This document shows positions 44,910-53,033 of a stretch of DNA of 64,000 bases, piece by piece (position 1 is the stretch's first letter; each line of letters begins with the position of its first letter). The position numbers were made by a program, and so were the translations under genes. The stretch spans positions 14,242 through 78,241 of the forward strand of contig JBDRNT010000104.1 in assembly GCA_043810925.1 (NCBI GenBank), given 5' to 3'. The stretch is from Candidatus Eiseniibacteriota bacterium. Lineage in GTDB: Bacteria > Arandabacterota > Arandabacteria > Arandabacterales > Arandabacteraceae. A model generated the notes under the pieces. That model was not told the origin of the DNA. It searched no databases and saw only the letters and a list, made by a program, of their open reading frames with translations.

Positions 44910-45538
44910 TGCCGGAGGTCAAACCTGTTGTGAGGCTCGGAAAAGGCTGTGTAGTAGACGTGGGAGTCTTGCTGGGCTATCCCGCATCGCGCGGTGAGAA
45001 CATCGACACGGTTACGATCGGAGACGGCGCACGGATAAGGTCCGGTACTGTGATCTACGGCGGCGTCAAGGTGGGCGACAATCTCCAGACCGGTCACAAT
45101 GTCGTAATCCGCGAGGAGAACGAGATCGGTGATGGTCTGTCCATCTGGAATAATTCGGTCATCGACTACGGCTGTAAGATCGGAAACGGTGTCAAGATAC
45201 ACTGCAACTGCTATATAGCCCAATTCACGGTCATAGAGGATTGTGCCTTCCTTGCTCCAGGGGTGATGGTCACAAACGACTACCACCCGGGATGCAAGTT
45301 CTCTCTTGAGTGCATGCACGGGCCCCGGATAGGCAAACGGGCGCAAATCGGAGCCAACGTCACCATCATTCCCTTCATAGATATAGGCGAGCACTGTCTT
45401 GTCGGCGGTGGGAGCACGGTTACGAAGGATCTACCACCCTATTCACTGGCTTATGGCAATCCGGCGAAGGTGGTTGGCGATGTCAGGGACCTCACGTGTG
45501 CCACGGGGCGGACTGACAAGCCGTACGGGAAGCTATAG
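44906..45538 (+). CDS. hexapeptide-repeat acetyltransferase (WbpD-like sugar N-acetyltransferase)
   Basis: 210 aa, left-handed beta-helix repeats throughout. Overlaps the dehydrogenase gene by 4 nt. Confidence 0.78.
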   Translation: MMPEVKPVVRLGKGCVVDVGVLLGYPASRGENIDTVTIGDGARIRSGTVIYGGVKVGDNLQTGHNVVIREENEIGDGLSIWNNSVIDYGCKIGNGVKIHCNCYIAQFTVIEDCAFLAPGVMVTNDYHPGCKFSLECMHGPRIGKRAQIGANVTIIPFIDIGEHCLVGGGSTVTKDLPPYSLAYGNPAKVVGDVRDLTCATGRTDKPYGKL

Positions 45539-45552
45539 AAAGAGGATAGGCC

Positions 45553-46536
45553 ATGCCGGTGAGTCCTACCCACGCAATCGTGGCCGTTACCGACCGATGT
45601 AACGCCCGATGCCTCATGTGCGATATCTGGAAAAAGGGTCGCACCGATGAGATGGCCGTGGGGGACTACGCCAGACTACCGTCGTCACTGAGAGAGATCA
45701 ACGTGACCGGCGGAGAGCCGCTCCTGAGAGACGACCTCGCGCAGGTCATCGAGACTATGCGCCGGCAATGCCCGCAGGCGCGAATAGTGCTCTCCACAAA
45801 CGGACTTCTGCCCTCAAGACTGGAAGACCTGTTGTCCAGGATCAGCGGGATCGCCGTCCGGGTTTCGCTTGACGGTATCGGCGATCTCCATGACCGTATT
45901 CGCGGCACCAAGGGTGCATACGAGAAAGCGGTCTGCAGTCTTCAGACGGCGAAGGAGGCAGGTATCCGCGATCTTGGTGTGTGCGCCACAATGACCGGGT
46001 CCAACGCCGGTCTGGTAAAGGACATCCAGGAGTTCGCCAGATCCCGGGGTATTCAATTTACGTTCACGGTCGTCCACAGCTCCCCGGTGTTTTTCGGAGA
46101 CCAGAGCGCCGAACTGCCTGACCCCGGCGTTGCGGCCGCAGACATGGACACAATACGTACGCGCCTGTTCGCCTCTGCCAATCCCAAGGACTGGTTCAAG
46201 GCCTATTATGTGTCGGGGCTTATCGATGTCGTCACGGACCGTCCCAGACCCATTGAGTGCCGGGCGGGCACTGATTTCTTCTACCTTGACCCGCAGGGTA
46301 ACGTCTATCCGTGTCATCTGTGGGAAAAGAGCATGGGGAACATACTTCAGAAATCATATGAAGCGATCACAGCCGAGAGCGAGGGGGTTCTCCGTTCGGT
46401 CGGGAAGTGTGGGAAGCGCTGCTGGATGACATGCACGGTCGCCCCTGAGATGCGAAGGAAGCTGGCATACTATGCCGTCAGAGTCGGTTGGGCGAAGCTT
46501 CTGCATCATCTGCGACCGGTCTTCGGAGCAAGATGA
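45553..46536 (+). CDS. radical SAM protein with C-terminal SPASM/twitch-like Cys cluster
   Basis: CNARCLMC (CX3CX2C, 45598-45621) near the N-terminus. C-terminal C..GNVYPC (GX4C) and KCGKRCWMTC. Confidence 0.8.
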   Translation: MPVSPTHAIVAVTDRCNARCLMCDIWKKGRTDEMAVGDYARLPSSLREINVTGGEPLLRDDLAQVIETMRRQCPQARIVLSTNGLLPSRLEDLLSRISGIAVRVSLDGIGDLHDRIRGTKGAYEKAVCSLQTAKEAGIRDLGVCATMTGSNAGLVKDIQEFARSRGIQFTFTVVHSSPVFFGDQSAELPDPGVAAADMDTIRTRLFASANPKDWFKAYYVSGLIDVVTDRPRPIECRAGTDFFYLDPQGNVYPCHLWEKSMGNILQKSYEAITAESEGVLRSVGKCGKRCWMTCTVAPEMRRKLAYYAVRVGWAKLLHHLRPVFGAR

Positions 46537-47747
46537 AAGTACTCCAGGTAAATAAGTTCTTCTATGTTCGCGGAGGGTCCGAGCGTTACTTCTTTGATCT
46601 CTGCGGCCTCCTGAAGGATCACGGTCATGATGTGGCGCACTTCTCAATGACGCACCCGCGAAATCAAGATTCCGGGCAGCAGGCTCACTTTGTCAGCGAG
46701 ATCGACCTGAATGCCGCCATGGGGTTGGGCGGGCGGGCCCGGGCCGCGCTGCGCGTGCTTTATTCATCAGAGGCGAGGGCCAGGATGGCGGCGCTGCTGG
46801 ATGAGGTGAGGCCCGACATCGTGCATTTCCATAACATAACGAGACAACTTTCTCCATCGATAATCGATGCCGTCGAGAGCCGGGGCATACCCATGGTGCA
46901 GACCATGCACGACCTCAGTCTGGTCTGCCCGGCGCACTCATTTTTCGTCAACGGACATGCCTGTGAGAAGTGTGCAGGTGGGGCCTACCGGAATGCGGCG
47001 GCGCTGAAGTGTATCGACGGATCTCTTACCTCAAGCCTTCTCGGCTCATTTGAGGCCTACCTCCACACGTGGATGGGTCTTTATAAGAAGATAAAGATGT
47101 TCATTGCGCCGAGTCTCTTTCTCAAGGGGAAGGTGTCGAGCCTGGGCTGGATAAGAGACAGTATCATACACCTGCCCTACTTCATTCCGCCCGGCCCCGA
47201 CTACACGCAGGCCAATGACGGTTTTGTCTTTTTCGCCGGCAGGATTTCGAAGGAGAAGGGCGTGGACACCCTGCTCGAGGCCGCGGAGAGACTCAAGAGC
47301 ACACGGTTTGTAATCGCGGGGGAAGGCCCGCCGCTTGAGGCTTACAGAAAACTCACCAGGGACAAAGGACTATCGAATGTAGAGTTCACCGGGTACGTAA
47401 AGGGAGACGACCTCGAGAACCTGCTCAGGGGTTCGAGCTGCGTCGTGGTTCCATCTGTCTCATATGAGAACCTGCCTTTGAGCATCCTTGAAGCGTTCGC
47501 CATTGGCAAGCCGGTCGTAGGGTCCGACCATGGTGGTATCCCGGAGCTTGTGATCGACAACGTTACGGGTCATCTGTTCCGGAGCGGTGATGCCGGGTCG
47601 CTTGCATCGGCAATCGAAAGTACCGTGGCGGATGAAACCAAGCGTCTGGCTATGGGCAGGGGAGCGAGGAGCATGGTGAGTAGCGACTATTCACCGCAAT
47701 CCCACTATGAGAAGATGACCGGCATATACGAGGACCTGCTGCGATGA
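46533..47747 (+). CDS. glycosyltransferase family 4 (type A1, with Cys4 insert)
   Basis: ATGA overlap with the rSAM stop. EX7E region LSILEAFAIGKPVVGSDHGGIPE. Cys-X11-Cys-X2-Cys-X12-Cys at 46926-47012. Confidence 0.85.
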   Translation: MKVLQVNKFFYVRGGSERYFFDLCGLLKDHGHDVAHFSMTHPRNQDSGQQAHFVSEIDLNAAMGLGGRARAALRVLYSSEARARMAALLDEVRPDIVHFHNITRQLSPSIIDAVESRGIPMVQTMHDLSLVCPAHSFFVNGHACEKCAGGAYRNAAALKCIDGSLTSSLLGSFEAYLHTWMGLYKKIKMFIAPSLFLKGKVSSLGWIRDSIIHLPYFIPPGPDYTQANDGFVFFAGRISKEKGVDTLLEAAERLKSTRFVIAGEGPPLEAYRKLTRDKGLSNVEFTGYVKGDDLENLLRGSSCVVVPSVSYENLPLSILEAFAIGKPVVGSDHGGIPELVIDNVTGHLFRSGDAGSLASAIESTVADETKRLAMGRGARSMVSSDYSPQSHYEKMTGIYEDLLR

Positions 47748-48829
47748 GAATAGCGATGATAGGTCAGAAGGGAATACCCGCCCGCTACGGGGGCATAGAG
47801 ACCCATGTGGAAGCGATTTCGACGCGTCTGACCGAGCGTGGACACACCGTCTTCGTCTATTGCAGACCTTACTACACGCTTGTCGACGGACCCTACAAAG
47901 GAGTAGATCTGGTCAAAGTCCCCACGATAAAGAACAGGCATCTCGATTGCGCCGTCCATACAGTGGTATCGACTGCACACGTGCTTTCGATGAAACCGGA
48001 TGTCGTCCACTATCACGCGCTCGGGCCCTCTGCACTTTCGTTCATTCCACGGCTTACCGGCGCGCGTACGGTGGCGACCGTTCACGGCCTTGACTGGCGC
48101 GGCGGCAAGTGGGGTACGGCGGCAACGATGCTGCTTAAGGCGTGCGAATACACAGCATGTCATTTTCCGAGCCGCACGGTCGTGGTATCACCGGTTCTCA
48201 AGCGGTACTTCAAGGAGAAATACAAGAAGGATGTGATCTATATTCCCAACGGGGTAAAACTGGGTGAGTCACGGCCGCCGCTCAATATCGGCAGGTTCGG
48301 TCTGACACAGGATGATTACTATCTCTTCGTCGGTCGTCTGGGGCCGGAGAAGGGTTGCCACGTGATGATAGATGCCTTCTCGAGGGTCAAGACCGGAAAG
48401 AAACTGGTCGTAGTAGGCAGCCCCCATCTCAATGTCGCATATGAGGAGAAGCTGAGAAAGATGGCCGATGACCGGGTGGTCTTTACCGGGGCGATATACG
48501 GAGATCTCCTCACCGAGCTCTGGAACGGCGCCTATGCCGTCATACATCCGTCGATCACCGAGGGGATGTCGCTTTCACTTCTTGAGGCGATGGCCCACGG
48601 CAAGTGCGTGATTGTAAGCGGTATCCCTGAGAACCTGGAGGTTGTGGGGGATGGAGCTCTCCCGTTTGAGGTCGGCGATGTCGATGATCTGGCGAGAGTG
48701 ATCTCCGGGGTCGAGGTCGACGCGGATACAGTCAGAGCGTTCGGTGCAAGGTCCGTTGCCAGGGTAAAGGAGACGTTCGACTGGCGGAAGGTCGTGGACA
48801 GCCTTGAGAGGGTCTACCTTGAAGCATAG
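47744..48829 (+). CDS. glycosyltransferase family 4 (type B1)
   Basis: 361 aa. N-terminus MRIAMIGQKGIPARYGGIETHVE and the EX7E region SLLEAMAHGKCVIVSGIPE. Confidence 0.85.
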   Translation: MRIAMIGQKGIPARYGGIETHVEAISTRLTERGHTVFVYCRPYYTLVDGPYKGVDLVKVPTIKNRHLDCAVHTVVSTAHVLSMKPDVVHYHALGPSALSFIPRLTGARTVATVHGLDWRGGKWGTAATMLLKACEYTACHFPSRTVVVSPVLKRYFKEKYKKDVIYIPNGVKLGESRPPLNIGRFGLTQDDYYLFVGRLGPEKGCHVMIDAFSRVKTGKKLVVVGSPHLNVAYEEKLRKMADDRVVFTGAIYGDLLTELWNGAYAVIHPSITEGMSLSLLEAMAHGKCVIVSGIPENLEVVGDGALPFEVGDVDDLARVISGVEVDADTVRAFGARSVARVKETFDWRKVVDSLERVYLEA

Positions 48830-49748
48830 AGCTGATGCGGTGTGTCGGGCAAGGGCCGGACAGCCGTCGTTTTCGGATCAGCTTCACAGGCAGGGTGCAT
48901 ACAGATGGATTGCGCTGATTGCGGCGCTGGCTCTTCTGGCATGGCTCTGGATGTTCGCCGGAGAGGCCAGACACCCTGAGGGCGTGAAACGCCAGTGGGC
49001 TGTCATGGCGTCGCGCATCCTCGCCGTGGCGGGCGGCTTGTTTCTTGTAAGACTGCTCCTCTTTTCGCATGAGGAGCGCATACCTGTGATCTTTATCGCC
49101 AGCTGCGGGGCGGGCGCGGTGGATGGGACGATCGGGGACCGCATAAAGACCGTCACCGCTCTTCGGCACAAAGGCCATGAAGTGATTCCCCTCCGGGACG
49201 TCGTGATGTTCATCCGTGCACACCGGTTTCTGCCCGGAAGGTGTTTTGGGCTTGTGGTCGAAGGTGGTTCCCCTGAAGAATTCGGCGAGATACTCTCAGC
49301 GGCTGGAGACACAGCCATTACCATCCTACTTGCCCCGGAAGTGTTGAAACGATGTGAGGATCGGCCGGTGCGGCGGGATCTGCCGGAGACCGTCACCCTT
49401 GGCACAGTCCTCACGGGTCACGAGAAGACTGAAGAGGAGCTGGTCTCCTTCGCCGATCTCGCAGGGAAGGTAGTCGGAAAGAAGGCTGAGTATGCCGTCG
49501 TGCAGGAGGGGGCCGACGCTCCCCTCAGGACCGTTCTCAAGTCGACCGGATACACCTCTTTCCTAGGCGGTGGGGGTTACAACCGTTTCCACGATGAGAG
49601 CCAATTCATCCGCGTGCTGGACGTATCGCATGTTCTGGGCTCGAGGTCGGCGGGGAGGCTGAGGACCTCGCTTGAAATCGCCTTATTCAAAGGCAGGTAC
49701 ATCGTGTGGCCGCTGGCTGCGGTTTGCCGCATGGCGTGTGCGCGGTGA
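48804..49748 (+). CDS. hypothetical membrane protein (possibly a degenerate polysaccharide-deacetylase-like fold)
   Basis: Two N-terminal TMs (YRWIALIAALALLAWLWMF, ILAVAGGLFLVRLLLF). The soluble part has LVVEGG where CE4 enzymes have TFDDG. Start uncertain. Confidence 0.35.
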   Translation: MRGSTLKHRADAVCRARAGQPSFSDQLHRQGAYRWIALIAALALLAWLWMFAGEARHPEGVKRQWAVMASRILAVAGGLFLVRLLLFSHEERIPVIFIASCGAGAVDGTIGDRIKTVTALRHKGHEVIPLRDVVMFIRAHRFLPGRCFGLVVEGGSPEEFGEILSAAGDTAITILLAPEVLKRCEDRPVRRDLPETVTLGTVLTGHEKTEEELVSFADLAGKVVGKKAEYAVVQEGADAPLRTVLKSTGYTSFLGGGGYNRFHDESQFIRVLDVSHVLGSRSAGRLRTSLEIALFKGRYIVWPLAAVCRMACAR

Positions 49749-49777
49749 GTAAGGAGAGTAGTGTGACCCCGGCCGGA

Positions 49778-50479
49778 TCAATCAAAAAGCCGGTACCTGA
49801 ACAGGTTCCAGAGGGCTGTAAACCCGTCCCGCCAGGTTATCTTCTTGCCCTCATGAAACTCCCTGCCTGCGTAGGAGATCGGGACCTCATATATCCTGTG
49901 TTTGCGTTTGAGCAGTTTCGCGGTTATCTCCACCTCGAACTCGAAGCGGTAGGATCTCAGCGGGATAGCCTTGACGATTTCGGACCGGAACATCTTGTAG
50001 CAGGTCTCCATATCCGATAGTGTGGTGTCGAACATGATGTTGGTTACAAGCGTAAGGAAGCGATTTCCCACCCAGTGCCAGAAATGCATGTTCTTGCGCT
50101 CACCCGTGAACCTGGATCCGTACACGATGTCGGCCTTACCGTCCTCGATGGGCTTTAAGAGTTTGAAGAAATCATTGGGATCGTACTCGAGGTCGGCATC
50201 CTGGATAACAACGACGTCTCCTGTAACGGAGGGAAGCGCGGCCCTTACGGCGGCTCCCTTGCCGAGGTTGGTCTCGTGGACAATGACCTTTGCCCGTTCG
50301 GGCGGAAAGCCGCTTAAAATCTCGCTCGATCCGTCGGTCGATCCGTCATCGACGATGATGATCTCCTTATCGATGGGGAGACGTTCGACCCGTGAGATGA
50401 TCTCATTCAGAGTGGCCTTTTCATTGTACACGGGTATTATTACCGAGAGGCGGAATTCGCTCCTGACCTGGCTGTCCAT
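49778..50479 (-). CDS. glycosyltransferase family 2 (DPM1/ALG5-like polyprenyl-phosphate glycosyltransferase type)
   Basis: LSVIIPVYNE, IIIVDDGSTDGS, VIQDADLEYDP. Start taken at ATG (50479-50477); upstream TTG 50515 is the ORF-track alternative. Second minus-strand gene in the window. Confidence 0.85.
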   Translation of the reverse strand: MDSQVRSEFRLSVIIPVYNEKATLNEIISRVERLPIDKEIIIVDDGSTDGSSEILSGFPPERAKVIVHETNLGKGAAVRAALPSVTGDVVVIQDADLEYDPNDFFKLLKPIEDGKADIVYGSRFTGERKNMHFWHWVGNRFLTLVTNIMFDTTLSDMETCYKMFRSEIVKAIPLRSYRFEFEVEITAKLLKRKHRIYEVPISYAGREFHEGKKITWRDGFTALWNLFRYRLFD

Positions 50480-50536
50480 GGTCTGGATTATGACCGTGGC
50501 GGGTGTGTGTGTCAACTCAATACGGTGGAGGAGAGA

Positions 50537-51793
50537 TTGGATAGACTTGGCTTCGTTCTAAGCTCCAGAGGCATCAGAAACTCCATCGCCCGGGCCTTTC
50601 AGGTGGCTACCCGGTTCGGCGTTACCGCGGCCAGAATGGAGAAGCAGCTCGGCGCATATGCCGACGTGGTGAGCCGCTACGGCGCGTGTCCGTCGCTGCC
50701 CATCACCGCTGCGGTTCTTGACAGGAACCCCCGGGTGGCGCGCGGCCTCGTTGATCGCGGGGTCGAGTTGTGTGTGCACGGTCTTGTCCATAACGACCTG
50801 TCGGAGCTCTCACCGCAAATGCAGAGGGACCAGATCGAACAGGCCATCGCGATATTCAAAAAACATGATATCCCGTTTCAAGGCTTCAGAAGCCCGTATC
50901 TGCGATACGACGGTGGGACCCTGAGTGCAGTCAGCGCACTGGAGTTCGAATACGACAGCAACATGCCGTTCTACTGGGAGCCCGGGAGCTTGCTTGAGGG
51001 TCTCGTCGCCTCAGAGAGCGATGGGCTTCGCAGGGGTCTTCGTTTCTACAACCCGGTAAAGTTCCCGGATGAACGGTCGCTTCCCAGACATATCGATCGG
51101 CTGGTTGAAATCCCCGTATCGCTTCCCGATGATGAGATCCTGCTCGACAGGATGGGCCTGCCGCCGGAGAAGATAGGGGATACGTGGGAGGAAATGGCAA
51201 GACTCGCACTCGACCGGGGCGAACTCCTGACGATCCAGCTTCACCCGGAGCGTATAGAGCTGCTCCGCGAAAGTCTCAGCCGCGTACTTGACTTCGCCGA
51301 GACCGATGGCGGGTTCTGGATCACGACCATGGCCAAGATCGCCTCATGGTGGAAGGAGCGGACACGGCTTGAGGTCGATGTCGCTCAGACAGGGCAGGGG
51401 AAATACCGGGTTCTGACTCCGCCCGGTATTAGGTCTCAACTCGAGATCGCCATTCCGGCGACGGGGGTGAGGGTAGGCATCACACCGGGAAGCGAAGTCG
51501 CTTCGCCGAAGAAACCCGTTATCGGGGTGCACCCGAAGACCGGTGATGATCTAAGACATAAGATTAGAGATATGGGGTATCTCATTGAAACTTCAGAGAA
51601 TAACGCGCTGTATGCATGTCACTTCGCTGGCCGTGACGGGCCGGACGAGATCGATAAACGCATACCAGATCTTGACCATCCTCTGCTTGTCGACACCTTC
51701 TGGCCGCGGCCGTTTAAGGCCGCACTGACTGTCACGGGCGATATCGACTGCCTGACACTGGGCGATTTCATCCGACGCTTCAGAGAGGGGTAG
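50537..51793 (+). CDS. polysaccharide deacetylase (CE4)-like protein with extra C-terminal domain
   Basis: GGAGG-N5-TTG start. CE4 motifs HGLVH (HxxxH) and FRSPYL (RxPY) are present, but the TFDD position reads VLSSRG. Confidence 0.7.
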   Translation: MDRLGFVLSSRGIRNSIARAFQVATRFGVTAARMEKQLGAYADVVSRYGACPSLPITAAVLDRNPRVARGLVDRGVELCVHGLVHNDLSELSPQMQRDQIEQAIAIFKKHDIPFQGFRSPYLRYDGGTLSAVSALEFEYDSNMPFYWEPGSLLEGLVASESDGLRRGLRFYNPVKFPDERSLPRHIDRLVEIPVSLPDDEILLDRMGLPPEKIGDTWEEMARLALDRGELLTIQLHPERIELLRESLSRVLDFAETDGGFWITTMAKIASWWKERTRLEVDVAQTGQGKYRVLTPPGIRSQLEIAIPATGVRVGITPGSEVASPKKPVIGVHPKTGDDLRHKIRDMGYLIETSENNALYACHFAGRDGPDEIDKRIPDLDHPLLVDTFWPRPFKAALTVTGDIDCLTLGDFIRRFREG

Positions 51794-51797
51794 ACCG

Positions 51798-53021
51798 TTG
51801 CGTATCTGTCTCGTGAACACCTACCACTACCGCCGTGGCGGGGATTCGACCTATACGTTCGATCTCGCCGGTCTGCTCGAGGCCAGGGGCCACGAGGTGG
51901 TCCACTTCGCGATGAGTCATCCCAGGAACATCAGATCCGAGTACGAGGCCAATTTCGTTGATGAGATCGATTACGGCCGGATCTTCCGGGCGGCGAACCC
52001 GTTTGCCAAGATGCGTGCGTTCTTACGCTCGCTTTACTCCTTTGAGGCCCGGGCGAAGTTCGGATCGTTTCTGGATAAGACCCGTCCGGACATCGTCCAC
52101 TTCCAGAACTTCCGGCGGCACCTGACTTTTTCGGTCGTTCAGGAAGCGAAGAAGAGGAACATCCCTGCGGTGTTCACAGCCCACGACTATGATCCCATCT
52201 GCCCGAATTCGCTGCTCTTCGCCGCCGGCAGCGTGTGTGAGGTGTGTCGCGGCACGGGCTACCACAAGGCGTTTGCGGTGAAGTGTAAGGAGCAATCCCT
52301 GCCGGGTACCCTGTCGGTCGTGCTTGAAGGCAGTTTCGTCAAGGTCAAGCATTACTATGATCTTTTCGATCTCATCATCACACCAAGTGAGTTCGCAAGA
52401 TCCAAACTCATCGAGTACGGCTTCGATGCGGGGTCGGTTGAGACCGTCCACAACTTTATCGACGCCAAAGCGTACGAACCCGCGTACGGCGGTGAAGGCG
52501 TGATCTATGTCGGCAGACTGGCTGCGGAGAAGGGGCTGGATACGCTCATAGAGGCGGCCGCAAGTCTCAAACACACCAGATTCATGATTGCGGGGGACGG
52601 CCCGCAGCGGCAGCATCTTGAGAACTTATGCGTGAAGTTGGGCTGCCGAAGTGTCGATTTCCTAGGATACGTGGAGAGGGATCAACTCCTGAAAATAGTG
52701 CGGCGGGCGATGTGCGTCGTCATGCCTTCTATATGGTTTGAGAACTTCCCGTATTCGATTCTGGAATCGTTTGCCCTGGGTACGCCCGTGGTCGCCTCAA
52801 ACATCGGGGGAATGCCCGAGAGCGTGAAGCATGAGAAGACCGGGCTGTTGTTTCCGCCGGGTGACGCGCTTGCCCTTTCGAAGCGGATCGAATACCTTCA
52901 GGAGAAGCCATCCCTGGCTGAGGAGATGGGAAGGACGGCCCGGACCCTGGTCGAAACACGGTTCGACCCGGAGACCCACTACCGCAAGATCAGTGAGGTC
53001 TACGGCAGGTTCGTGCATTAG
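51798..53021 (+). CDS. glycosyltransferase family 4 (type A2, paralog of 46533-47747)
   Basis: Same N-terminus pattern as A1 (MRICLVNTYHYRRGGDSTYTFDL). Identical Cys-X11-Cys-X2-Cys-X12-Cys spacing at 52200-52286. EX7E region SILESFALGTPVVASNIGGMPE. Confidence 0.85.
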   Translation: MRICLVNTYHYRRGGDSTYTFDLAGLLEARGHEVVHFAMSHPRNIRSEYEANFVDEIDYGRIFRAANPFAKMRAFLRSLYSFEARAKFGSFLDKTRPDIVHFQNFRRHLTFSVVQEAKKRNIPAVFTAHDYDPICPNSLLFAAGSVCEVCRGTGYHKAFAVKCKEQSLPGTLSVVLEGSFVKVKHYYDLFDLIITPSEFARSKLIEYGFDAGSVETVHNFIDAKAYEPAYGGEGVIYVGRLAAEKGLDTLIEAAASLKHTRFMIAGDGPQRQHLENLCVKLGCRSVDFLGYVERDQLLKIVRRAMCVVMPSIWFENFPYSILESFALGTPVVASNIGGMPESVKHEKTGLLFPPGDALALSKRIEYLQEKPSLAEEMGRTARTLVETRFDPETHYRKISEVYGRFVH

Positions 53022-53033
53022 AGAGCAGGGAAG

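Noticed and set aside
45553-46536. Radical SAM gene as the missing third partner of the Memo-AMMECR1 (AmmeMemoRadiSam) fusion
   Set aside because: It lies 21 kb away inside a glycan locus and has SPASM/twitch-like C-terminal cysteines. It does not have the PflA-like architecture I associate with the AmmeMemoRadiSam radical SAM enzyme. An HMM search would settle the question.
49763-50020. + strand ORF with a good AAGGAG-N6-GTG start, antisense to the 3' half of the minus-strand GT2
   Set aside because: The GT2 on the opposite strand has unmistakable motifs (IIPVYNE, DDGSTDGS, DADLEYD). The + ORF product has no recognisable features. The SD-like sequence may be fortuitous or a remnant of the rearrangement.
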